DNA from: Algoriphagus sp.
Lineage (GTDB): Bacteria > Bacteroidota > Bacteroidia > Cytophagales > Cyclobacteriaceae
Length of the DNA stretch: 64,000 nt
Direction of reading: 5' to 3'
Assembly (NCBI RefSeq): GCF_046296635.1
Contig: NZ_JBKBKZ010000018.1
Span: 16,977 to 80,976, forward strand
Shown here: piece by piece, positions 26,530 to 34,903 of the stretch
Position numbering within the stretch: position 1 is the first letter of the stretch
Layout of the letters: the number at the start of each line of letters is the position of its first letter
Position numbers and translations under genes: made by a program
Notes under the pieces: model-generated
The model's database searches: none
Told to the model about the DNA's origin: nothing
The model's input: the letters and a program-made list of their open reading frames with translations, nothing else

Positions 26530-27268
26530 AATCATTAAAAATCTTTCAAAAACTCGCCATAAAGGAATTGCATGGCTTGTAGATCCCGAAAAGGAAAACG
26601 ACTTCAATCAATTTGGCTGGGTTAAAGATTCGGGTTTGGATCTTATTCTGGTAGGTGGAAGTGGTTTTTCTTTTGAGACCTTTGAAAAGACGATTCAATC
26701 TTTAAAAAAAATAGCCGGGTCAATACCCGTTTGTATTTTTCCAGGATCCTATCTTCAGTTATCCAATAAGGCAGACGCTATATTTTTTATGTCGCTGATA
26801 TCGGGCAGAAACCCGGAATATTTGATTTCTCATCAAGTTCAAGCTGCAACTTCAATTAAAAAATTTCGATTGGAAGTTTTGCCAACAGGCTACATTCTGG
26901 TCAATAACGGAGAGCTTCTCAGTGTACATGCTGCCAGCCAAACTTTACCCCTCTCCAATGATAATCCGGAATTGGTAAAAGCTACCGCTCTGGCAGGAAA
27001 ATTTCTCGGTATGCGTTTCTTTTTCCTTGATGCTGGTAGCGGCGCAACTTATCCAGTGAGTCCAGCTGTAATTTCCACAGTCAAAAAAGCAACTAAATGT
27101 CCGGTAATTGTGGGTGGAGGACTGACAAATTCAGAAAAGGTAAGGTCAGCTTTTGAGGCTGGAGCGGACTTGGTGGTGATCGGGAATACCATAGAAAAAG
27201 ACCCCGGATTTTTGTCCGAGGTCTTGAAAATTAAGCAGGTTTACAACCACTCATTGAGCATTAATTAG
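26504..27268 (+). CDS. Geranylgeranylglyceryl / heptaprenylglyceryl phosphate synthase (PcrB/GGGPS family)
   Basis: WLVDPEK, LILVGGS, FFLDAGSGA and VIVGGGL motifs. The ATG at 26504 gives a family-typical N-terminus. Confidence 0.8.
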   Translation: MKKVKEVSKIIKNLSKTRHKGIAWLVDPEKENDFNQFGWVKDSGLDLILVGGSGFSFETFEKTIQSLKKIAGSIPVCIFPGSYLQLSNKADAIFFMSLISGRNPEYLISHQVQAATSIKKFRLEVLPTGYILVNNGELLSVHAASQTLPLSNDNPELVKATALAGKFLGMRFFFLDAGSGATYPVSPAVISTVKKATKCPVIVGGGLTNSEKVRSAFEAGADLVVIGNTIEKDPGFLSEVLKIKQVYNHSLSIN

Positions 27269-28180
27269 TGAATCTCTCCTTCGCATTTTTCCGGCAGGAA
27301 CACCATACATCATCTTAAATCGACGGCAAAAATAGGCGGTATCCTTGTAGCCTACATCTTTGCCAATGTCTCGAATAGATTTCTTGGAAGTACGTAGCAG
27401 AACCACCGCCGCCTCCATGCGCTGGTATTCGATGTAATCCTGAGGATTGATTCCTGTGAGCATTTTGAAGTATTGCCCAACATAATCCTCGGAGACATTT
27501 GCAACTTGAGCCAATACCTTGTTTGATAGATCACCACCGATATTTGCTTTGATGAAGTTAAAAAGATCAATCAACCTTGGGTCTTTGAAATAAGTCGAAT
27601 TGGTAGAGAGTTCTTCTGTAAAAAGTCTGTTTTTCAATATGTGTCTCAAGAGTTCAATCACCAAGACTTCGGTCTGAGCTTTGAGTGAGCGTTCTTTTCC
27701 CACGTTAGTGCCTTCAAGTTCCTTGATCAGATCCTCCACCAAAGAGGCTACACGATCATTGAATCGAATGATGAATGGAGGAATATCCAATGAGTTGAAA
27801 AAATTCACCACGTCAAATACCTTGGATTCAAATTGAATCAAAGAAATACAATCCTCTTCAGTGGTTTTGATTTCTCTGAAGCTGAGGCTTTGAAGATATT
27901 TTCGCTTGGAATCTACAAACTGCTCCATATTCAGCTCATTTTTCTTGGTACCTGCGCCAAATGTGATTTGGGTTTTTTGTCCTTTTGGAAGAAACAAAAC
28001 CTCACCTTCATTGACATGTTCTTGATCCTCTCCAAATTTCAAAGAGCCATGATAAAGTAGGATCAGGCTATTTTCGTTTTCGACGTAGTTGGATACAGAT
28101 ACTGGCTTTTCGATTTTGAAGTTGTTTCCTTTCAAAAATCTAACGTGTACGGATTCGATGACTTTGTTATAATAGTCCAT
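27251..28180 (-). CDS. AraC family transcriptional regulator
   Basis: C-terminal double HTH (VANVSEDYVGQYFK...GYKDTAYFCRRFK) with a cupin-like N-terminus. Confidence 0.85.
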   Translation of the reverse strand: MDYYNKVIESVHVRFLKGNNFKIEKPVSVSNYVENENSLILLYHGSLKFGEDQEHVNEGEVLFLPKGQKTQITFGAGTKKNELNMEQFVDSKRKYLQSLSFREIKTTEEDCISLIQFESKVFDVVNFFNSLDIPPFIIRFNDRVASLVEDLIKELEGTNVGKERSLKAQTEVLVIELLRHILKNRLFTEELSTNSTYFKDPRLIDLFNFIKANIGGDLSNKVLAQVANVSEDYVGQYFKMLTGINPQDYIEYQRMEAAVVLLRTSKKSIRDIGKDVGYKDTAYFCRRFKMMYGVPAGKMRRRDSLINAQ

Positions 28181-28263
28181 AGCAAAAAGATAAAAGATAC
28201 CCGACAAAAATATAATTTTTCCAACTTAAAAACAGGAATATTTTGTAATTGACCGATGGAAAA

Positions 28264-28298
28264 TAAAAAAAGGGCATAATTAATTGTAATTATACCCC
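28264..28298 (-). terminator. Rho-independent terminator of the acyl-CoA dehydrogenase gene
   Basis: GGGCATAATTA / TAATTATACCC stem with one mismatch, then a T-run on the minus strand. Confidence 0.55.
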
Positions 28299-28319
28299 CT
28301 TGAAAAAAGATTGAACCTC

Positions 28320-29459
28320 TTATTTTAATATTTTTCTCGAAATGACGATTCTTTGGATTTCAGAAGTTCCTTCATAAATCTGAGTGATTTTGGCGTCTCG
28401 CATGAGTCTTTCTACATGATATTCTTTGACATATCCATATCCTCCATGGACTTGGACAGCTTCCACTGATACATTCATAGCCACCTCGGATGCATAGACT
28501 TTGGCCATAGCTGAAGCCAAGGTGTAGTCTTCTCCCTGATCCTTTAGCCAAGCTGCCTTATGGACTAATAGTCTTGCGGTTTCGATTTGAGTGGCCATGT
28601 CTGCAAGCTTAAATTGAATTGCTTGATGCTCGCTGATTGGTTTGCCAAAGGTTTTTCGCTCTTTGGAGTAAGCAAGTGACATTTCATAAGCTCCTGATGC
28701 AATTCCAAGTGCCTGAGCAGCGATTCCAATTCTTCCGCCGTTTAGTGTTTCCATTGCAAAAGTGAATCCAAATCCCTCTTCACCGATTCTGTTTTCTACG
28801 GGTACTATGACATCCGTAAACATCAAGGAGTGCGTGTCGGATCCCCGAATTCCGAGTTTATCCTCCTTTTTTCCAACGACAAACCCTTCCCAATCTTTCT
28901 CTACAATAAAAACAGAAATACCTTTGTGTGCCTTTGAAGCATCTGTTTGGGCGATTACCAAATAGACACTGGCAGTTGAACCATTGGTTATCCAATTTTT
29001 GGTACCATTCAGGATATAATGGTCTCCTTTGAGTTCAGCACTGGTTTTCTGTGATGTTGCATCGGAACCAGCTTCTGGTTCAGAAAGGCAAAATGCACCC
29101 AATATTTCACCGCTTGCCAAGCGTGTCAGATACTTTTGCTTTTGAGCTTCAGAGCCGTACTTTTCCAATCCCCAGCATACTAAGGAATTGTTAACTGACA
29201 TAGACACTGAAGCTGATGCATCAATTTTGGATATCTCTTCCATAGCGATACAATAAGAAATGGTATCCATTCCGCCGCCATTGTATTTTGGGTCTACCAT
29301 CATTCCCATAAAGCCCAATTCGCCCATTTTTTCGATTTGTTCATGGGGAAATCTTGCTTCAGTATCGCGCTCGATGACTTCAGGAAGTAGTTCTGATTGA
29401 GCAAATTCTCGTGCCGCTTCCTGTACTGCCAGATGCTCTTCAGTCAATTGAAAATTCAT
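28320..29459 (-). CDS. Acyl-CoA dehydrogenase (short/medium-chain type)
   Basis: 379 aa with GAFCLSEPEAGSD, TKNWITNG and the IYEGTSEIQ signatures. Confidence 0.92.
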   Translation of the reverse strand: MNFQLTEEHLAVQEAAREFAQSELLPEVIERDTEARFPHEQIEKMGELGFMGMMVDPKYNGGGMDTISYCIAMEEISKIDASASVSMSVNNSLVCWGLEKYGSEAQKQKYLTRLASGEILGAFCLSEPEAGSDATSQKTSAELKGDHYILNGTKNWITNGSTASVYLVIAQTDASKAHKGISVFIVEKDWEGFVVGKKEDKLGIRGSDTHSLMFTDVIVPVENRIGEEGFGFTFAMETLNGGRIGIAAQALGIASGAYEMSLAYSKERKTFGKPISEHQAIQFKLADMATQIETARLLVHKAAWLKDQGEDYTLASAMAKVYASEVAMNVSVEAVQVHGGYGYVKEYHVERLMRDAKITQIYEGTSEIQRIVISRKILK

Positions 29460-29515
29460 AAGGTTAGAATAATTTCGGGTTGTATTTCAAACCGAAAATA
29501 TAGCCCTAAAAAAGA

Positions 29516-29539
29516 AAAGGGGCAAAAACTTGCCCCTTT
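29516..29539 (-). terminator. Rho-independent terminator of the zinc peptidase gene
   Basis: AAAGGGGCAA / TTGCCCCTTT stem followed by a T-run on the minus strand. Confidence 0.65.
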
Positions 29540-29561
29540 CAGAATTTTATTTTGATCTGGA

Positions 29562-30254
29562 TCAATCCCGATTGCCAAAGAATACAAAGATGTAGTAAGC
29601 CAATGTTGCCAATGAGGCTAAGGCCGCCACTACATAAGTCATTGCAGCCCAATGCAAGGCGTCTTTTGACATCGCGTATTCTGATTTGTTGACAATGTTT
29701 CGAGTTTGCACCCAAGCTAATGCTCGGTTAGAAGCGTCAAATTCTACTGGCAAAGTCACCAATGTGAACATAGTCATGATTGAATATGCACCGACTACGA
29801 TATACCCAACGAATTCATACGGAAGACCTAGGGCAAATCCACCAAATAGGGAAGCAATCAGTACAATATTCAGAAGCTTGCCGGAAATGTTTTGAATTGG
29901 AACTAGTGCTGATCTCATCTTCAACCATGCATAGGAAGTGGCATGCTGCACTGCGTGACCGCATTCGTGAGCGGATACAGCTGTTGCTGCGGCATTTCGA
30001 CCATAGAATACATCAGGGGATAAGTTCACCGTCTTGTTCATCGGATTGTAGTGATCGGTGAGTTGACCTTCTACACAGACCACCTGTACATCATGAATAT
30101 TACTGTCGGCCAGCATAAGCTTGGCGATTTCAGCTCCTGAAAGGTTGGCCTGAAGTGGAGTTTGTGAATATTTTTTGAATTTACTTTTCAGCTTGCTGCT
30201 GACAAAGAATCCAAGTCCTGCAAAGACAACTACGATAACGATTAGAATAATCAT
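29562..30254 (-). CDS. Membrane zinc metallopeptidase (YugP / Zn_peptidase_2-like)
   Basis: N-terminal TM, HECGHAVQH (HExxH), C-terminal TM helices. Confidence 0.8.
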   Translation of the reverse strand: MIILIVIVVVFAGLGFFVSSKLKSKFKKYSQTPLQANLSGAEIAKLMLADSNIHDVQVVCVEGQLTDHYNPMNKTVNLSPDVFYGRNAAATAVSAHECGHAVQHATSYAWLKMRSALVPIQNISGKLLNIVLIASLFGGFALGLPYEFVGYIVVGAYSIMTMFTLVTLPVEFDASNRALAWVQTRNIVNKSEYAMSKDALHWAAMTYVVAALASLATLAYYIFVFFGNRD

Positions 30255-30287
30255 TGTTTTAGGGTTTAACTGGGTGTGGATACGAAG

Positions 30288-31292
30288 TTACTGTGTGTCG
30301 GGTTTATTCCAAGCAGGGATTCTCATCATTACAATCCAACTAATCAGTCCGACGATCATAATCATAATAACCTGGGTTCCGTGGATGATCGCTGCAAAGA
30401 TTTTCCCATCGCCTTCCGACACGCCAAATTGAATCAAAATATAGGCCACGAGTGCATGGAAGGTACCGATTCCCCCTTGAACAGGGGCTATCATGCCAAT
30501 ACTTCCCATTACCATCACCAACAGCACCTCCCCGGGTGTCAAGTTGGCAGTACTTTGGATTCCTAAGGATACCAGATACATGGTCAAGAAATATATTATC
30601 CAGATTACAACTGAGCTGGCCCAAAACCCGAGTGGGTTCTTCAATGTGGAAATACTTTTAACCCCGGTTAGGAGTTGACGTCCAAAATTTTGGAGCTTGT
30701 TGATAATGCCATGATTCCTAAATCTCTTGAATACGAGGTATAGGAAAATTATAAAGATCACTAGCCCTCCCAGAAAGATGGGAAGGTTGTTTAGCAGCGA
30801 TGCGCTGAGACTTCTGATGTCAATCAAATCCCCTGCTAAGGCCAAAAAGAGCTTATTCTCCAGACTAAATGCCAAAAGGATCGTGCTGATCAGGAATAGC
30901 AAATCGATGCTTCGCTCCAAAATTACGGTACCTATAAGTTGGCCAACCGATATGCCATTCGTTCTGGATAATACTCCGCAGCGCGCCACTTCTCCGGCCC
31001 TGGGTACCAATAAATTGGCTAGATAGCCAACCATGACGGCATGATAAGCCCGATTAGCAGTCACCGGCTTTCCTTCATCGCCTTGGATCAAAAGGGCCCA
31101 TCGCCAGCCTCTGATCCAGAAGCCTAATAGCGAAATAGCAAGAGAAGAAAATATCCAAAGCCAATTGGAGGATCTCACTTGCTCAAGCAAGTTGGCCAAT
31201 TCAATATCCTTATATAAAAACCAAAAAATCCAGACGGCAACTGCTAGCGAAATTGTAACCTGGATTCCTTGTTTGACCTTTGCATGGATCAT
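30288..31292 (-). CDS. Flippase-like membrane protein (UPF0104 / lysyl-PG synthase TM-domain family)
   Basis: 334 aa, polytopic. The start overlaps the panD stop (TAATG). Confidence 0.65.
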   Translation of the reverse strand: MIHAKVKQGIQVTISLAVAVWIFWFLYKDIELANLLEQVRSSNWLWIFSSLAISLLGFWIRGWRWALLIQGDEGKPVTANRAYHAVMVGYLANLLVPRAGEVARCGVLSRTNGISVGQLIGTVILERSIDLLFLISTILLAFSLENKLFLALAGDLIDIRSLSASLLNNLPIFLGGLVIFIIFLYLVFKRFRNHGIINKLQNFGRQLLTGVKSISTLKNPLGFWASSVVIWIIYFLTMYLVSLGIQSTANLTPGEVLLVMVMGSIGMIAPVQGGIGTFHALVAYILIQFGVSEGDGKIFAAIIHGTQVIMIMIVGLISWIVMMRIPAWNKPDTQ

Positions 31293-31639
31293 TAGATTAG
31301 CTTGTTTCTCTCATCAGGAAATATAAGCACAGGCTTGTAACTTTTGGCTTCTTCATGTTCCATTCCTGCATAGGAAATGATAATGACGATATCGCCCACA
31401 GCAGCTTTTCTTGCAGCTGGACCGTTGAGGCAAACTTGCCCGCTGCCTCTTTCTCCTTTAATTACATAGGTTTCCAATCGCTCGCCGTTGTTTACATTCA
31501 CGACTTGGACCTTTTCATTCTCGATCAGATTGGCTGCATCGAGTAGATCCTCATCGATAGTGATGGAACCTACGTAGTGTAGTTCAGCCTGGGTGATTTT
31601 CACCCGGTGTATTTTGGATTTTAAGACTTGGATAATCAT
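31292..31639 (-). CDS. panD: Aspartate 1-decarboxylase
   Basis: 115 aa starting [29 protein letters not shown], with the GS self-cleavage site. Confidence 0.95.
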   Translation of the reverse strand: MIIQVLKSKIHRVKITQAELHYVGSITIDEDLLDAANLIENEKVQVVNVNNGERLETYVIKGERGSGQVCLNGPAARKAAVGDIVIIISYAGMEHEEAKSYKPVLIFPDERNKLI

Positions 31640-31663
31640 TGGTTTAGTTTTTCGGCCGCAAGA

Positions 31664-32512
31664 TTAAGAAATAATCGGCATGTTGTCTATCAAACGGATG
31701 TCGCCTATAAAGGCTGCCACACATATTGACGATTTTTGTGAGGGATCAAATGTAGTGTAGGTCTCAAAGGTGTCGGGATGTATCAGATCAAAATACTCCA
31801 GTTTTGCAGTAGGATCACTTTGAAATTCCAATTCAATCTTTCGCTGGGTTTCCAACCAATTTTTACCTGCAAAAAGTTCGGCTTTGGCGGTAGTTAAGCA
31901 ATTGAATAAGATCAGGGCCTTTTCCCTATCTTCTTTATTAAGACGAAGATTTCTGGATGACATAGCCAATCCATCGGATTCCCGACGAGTGGGAACTACC
32001 TCCAGTTTGAGATCGAAGGAAAGATCATTGACCAATCGCTTGATGATTGCGACTTGCTGAAGGTCCTTTTGGCCAAAAAAAGCAATATGCGGACGGATAA
32101 GGTGAAAAAGCTTGGATACGACTACGCCTACTCCATTAAAGTGACCGGGACGGAATTTGCCTTCCAATACATGCTCGAGTTCCCCAAAGTCAAATTTCAA
32201 TTGAGTAGGAGTAGGATAGATCTCTTCAACAGAAGGCAAAAAAACATATTCCACCCCAGCTTGCTCCAATCTTTTCAGATCTTGGTCCAAGGTGTTGGGA
32301 TATTTCTGAAAATCCTCAAGGTTATTGAATTGAGTAGGATTGACAAAAATCGAAACGATGGTCACACCGCAGCTTGAGCGGGATTTGGAGACCAAATCCA
32401 GGTGCCCATCATGGAGTGCACCCATTGTGGGGACGAGTCCGATTTGCTGATTATTTCGAAGGTGATTGAGCCAGAAGGGGTTCCATTCGGCTGATTGGCG
32501 GATTAGCTTCAC
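31664..32512 (-). CDS. panC: Pantoate--beta-alanine ligase
   Basis: VPTMGALHDGH and FGQKDLQQ motifs. The apparent start is GTG at 32512. Confidence 0.93.
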   Translation of the reverse strand: MKLIRQSAEWNPFWLNHLRNNQQIGLVPTMGALHDGHLDLVSKSRSSCGVTIVSIFVNPTQFNNLEDFQKYPNTLDQDLKRLEQAGVEYVFLPSVEEIYPTPTQLKFDFGELEHVLEGKFRPGHFNGVGVVVSKLFHLIRPHIAFFGQKDLQQVAIIKRLVNDLSFDLKLEVVPTRRESDGLAMSSRNLRLNKEDREKALILFNCLTTAKAELFAGKNWLETQRKIELEFQSDPTAKLEYFDLIHPDTFETYTTFDPSQKSSICVAAFIGDIRLIDNMPIIS

Positions 32513-32590
32513 GCTGGGGTATGATTTCGGCTAATTGGGGCAAAACTATATTAATATCCAGAATTACAATGCTTTTAGTCTTTTTTTATT

Positions 32591-32598
32591 TATCTTTG
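32591..32598 (+). promoter_or_regulatory. -7 box TATCTTTG
   Basis: Exact TAnnTTTG match 37 nt upstream of the ATG at 32635. Confidence 0.45.
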
Positions 32599-32634
32599 TG
32601 CCGTTGTTTATCACGTTCATTAAATCCCTTTAGC

Positions 32635-33447
32635 ATGTCCAAACTACGTATCCTCTACGTTGCAAGTGAAATCAACCCATTCTTACAAACTTCTGAAGTA
32701 GCAAATTTCCTCCGATCTCTTCCTCAAGCGATGCAAGAGCGTGGTATGGAAATCCGTATTTTAGTACCAAAATTTGGGTTGATCAACGAACGCAAAAACA
32801 GACTCCACGAGGTCGTAAGATTGTCAGGAATCAATATTGCAGTAGGTGAAGAAGAGAAGCCTTTGATCATCAAAGTAGCGTCTATTCCCAATGCCAAGCT
32901 TCAGGTTTATTTCATTGACAATGAGGACTACTTTCAGCGAAAGCATGTGTTTCATGATAAGCAGTTGAAGTTTTACGAAGACAATGACGAGCGCGCAATT
33001 TTCTTCTGCAAGGGAGTGATTGAGACGGTCAAAAAACTCGGATGGGCACCTGATATCGTGCATTGCAATGATTGGATGACTTCATTGATTCCGATGTATT
33101 TGAAAACTACTTACAAAAATGAGCCACTTTTTAAAGACACGAAAACTGTCTTTGCGATCTATAACAATGGATTTTCCCATACCTTTGGCGATGATTTGTT
33201 AAACAAGGTTAAGATGGTGGATATCGATGACACTATTTTGGCATCTTTGAAAAGCAAAGACTTCGCAGGCTTCATCAAGATCGGAATGGAATACGCCGAT
33301 CTCGTGGTAAAAGGCAGCGGAATGTCAGCAGAATTAAACCAACTCATCGAGGATTTCTCAAAAGACAAACAGTTTGAAATTAGTATCGAAGAAGAGCAGC
33401 AAGCTCATGATGAGCTTTTCGGCATCTATAATAGCCTTGCCGGGTAA
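32635..33447 (+). CDS. Short glycogen/starch synthase-like protein (GT5 N-terminal domain only)
   Basis: MSKLRILYVASEINPF... The ~270-aa form is typical of Bacteroidota. The ATG at 32635 is preferred over the ORF-track start. Confidence 0.75.
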   Translation: MSKLRILYVASEINPFLQTSEVANFLRSLPQAMQERGMEIRILVPKFGLINERKNRLHEVVRLSGINIAVGEEEKPLIIKVASIPNAKLQVYFIDNEDYFQRKHVFHDKQLKFYEDNDERAIFFCKGVIETVKKLGWAPDIVHCNDWMTSLIPMYLKTTYKNEPLFKDTKTVFAIYNNGFSHTFGDDLLNKVKMVDIDDTILASLKSKDFAGFIKIGMEYADLVVKGSGMSAELNQLIEDFSKDKQFEISIEEEQQAHDELFGIYNSLAG

Positions 33448-34780
33448 ACTGGCGATTTCCGCATTCCTTTCCATTCTTCTTATCAGTTCTTGCAGCGATC
33501 CGGCAACAGTCGGGCTAGAGCTTGCGCCTGGAAACAACCAAATTGGGGTGTTTTACAAGGATTTCAATCTCAATGCCCAAGTGGTGTTGTTGGATTCCTT
33601 TAATACTGTAAATTCTGGACTTCTGATTGTTGGGAATGAGGAAGATGAATTTTTCGGAAAGACTGAAAGCATCGGATATTCTAGGATGTTTTTTGATGGC
33701 GCAGCCGAAAAACCTTTAGCCTCAGCTATTTTGGACTCCATGTTTTTTAATATGGAAGTGGTCAGTGTTAATGGATCTAATTTGGATCGACCTAAACGGT
33801 ACACTGTTCATCGGCTTACCGAACCACTATTAGACACATTGTACTACAACTTTGATGCGCTTTCATTTGAAGAAAATCCCTTTGCTTCCATTAATTTCAC
33901 ATTTAATGAGGAAAAGGATACGATTTTGCGGCTTCCTATCATAAAAGAATTTCAAGAAGAGTTTTTTGGTAAGCTAAAAGTAGGTCGCGCGAGTGAATTT
34001 GAAAACCTATTTACGTTCAGGCAATATTTTCCGGGTTTCGCAATTAAATCAAGAACAGGTGACAATACTACCATAGGTGTAGATTTGGGTGGAAATACAG
34101 GGATTGCAGTGTTTTATCATTATGAAGGTGATACTGTTTCAAAGCGATTTAATGTCAATACCTTTTCTTCTAGAAGCTTCAACGGAATAAAATCCAACAG
34201 GACAGGAACTCCTACCGGAGTTGTTACCGAAAGTGGAAAGTCTTATGATGTTGGTTCAATTGTAGGAATGAAGTCCACATTGGCTATGGCCATAAGGGTT
34301 GATACCAGTCCGATTGATGCATTTCTTGACACTTTATCTGGTGTAATTTTCAATCAGGTTGTGCTTTCGATTGGAGAAATCGAATCACAAGATGTAAACA
34401 ATAATCCCATCACAGGAATGGTGATGGTCTATGTAAATAGGGAAAATAAGCCCTTGACCAGTTCAATAAATGGGGCGCCGCTGTATGTTCAGACAGATGG
34501 GCAGCCTCAGGTTATTTTTGATCAGAATGGAAACAAGGTTCCAAACAATATTTTTCTTTCTGCTGCTATCTTAAGTTATGATCCTGCAACAAAGAAATTT
34601 CAAACCCGAATTACTTCCCATGTCAATGCAATTTTCAGAGGACAATTGCAGCGGCAAGACTGGTTGCTTTACGGCAACACGCCTCAGACAGAAAGGGATG
34701 ATTTCAAGCGGTCACTTCGCCAATTTAAGGTGAATCAAAATAAAATCAATGTACAGGTGATTTACTCCAAATCCAGGTAG
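33407..34780 (+). CDS. DUF4270-like lipoprotein
   Basis: Lipobox LLISSC. It sits between the glgA-like gene and glmS, as seen in other Bacteroidota. The family name is from memory. Confidence 0.6.
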   Translation: MMSFSASIIALPGKLAISAFLSILLISSCSDPATVGLELAPGNNQIGVFYKDFNLNAQVVLLDSFNTVNSGLLIVGNEEDEFFGKTESIGYSRMFFDGAAEKPLASAILDSMFFNMEVVSVNGSNLDRPKRYTVHRLTEPLLDTLYYNFDALSFEENPFASINFTFNEEKDTILRLPIIKEFQEEFFGKLKVGRASEFENLFTFRQYFPGFAIKSRTGDNTTIGVDLGGNTGIAVFYHYEGDTVSKRFNVNTFSSRSFNGIKSNRTGTPTGVVTESGKSYDVGSIVGMKSTLAMAIRVDTSPIDAFLDTLSGVIFNQVVLSIGEIESQDVNNNPITGMVMVYVNRENKPLTSSINGAPLYVQTDGQPQVIFDQNGNKVPNNIFLSAAILSYDPATKKFQTRITSHVNAIFRGQLQRQDWLLYGNTPQTERDDFKRSLRQFKVNQNKINVQVIYSKSR

Positions 34781-34805
34781 CGATATCGATTTCGAATAAG
34801 TACAG

Positions 34806-34847
34806 ATAATCCACTTCCCGTTTTTAAGGAAGTGGATTATTTTTTTT
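34806..34847 (+). terminator. Rho-independent terminator (ATAATCCACTTCC / GGAAGTGGATTAT plus T7)
   Basis: Perfect 13-bp stem, 9-nt loop, seven T residues. Confidence 0.8.
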
Positions 34848-34903
34848 GGCATGAAAGGTGTTTCTTTGCGGAAGTTTATTCAACCTTTCAAGAATTTTTA
34901 AAT

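Noticed and set aside
27251-27268. An 18-nt convergent overlap between the 3' ends of the GGGPS gene and the AraC gene.
   Set aside because: Small convergent overlaps are common in compact genomes. No structure or motif is associated with it.
34848-34903. Possible glmS ribozyme or leader upstream of glmS.
   Set aside because: Only 56 nt lie between the upstream terminator and the ATG, which is too short for the ribozyme. That element is not expected in this phylum.
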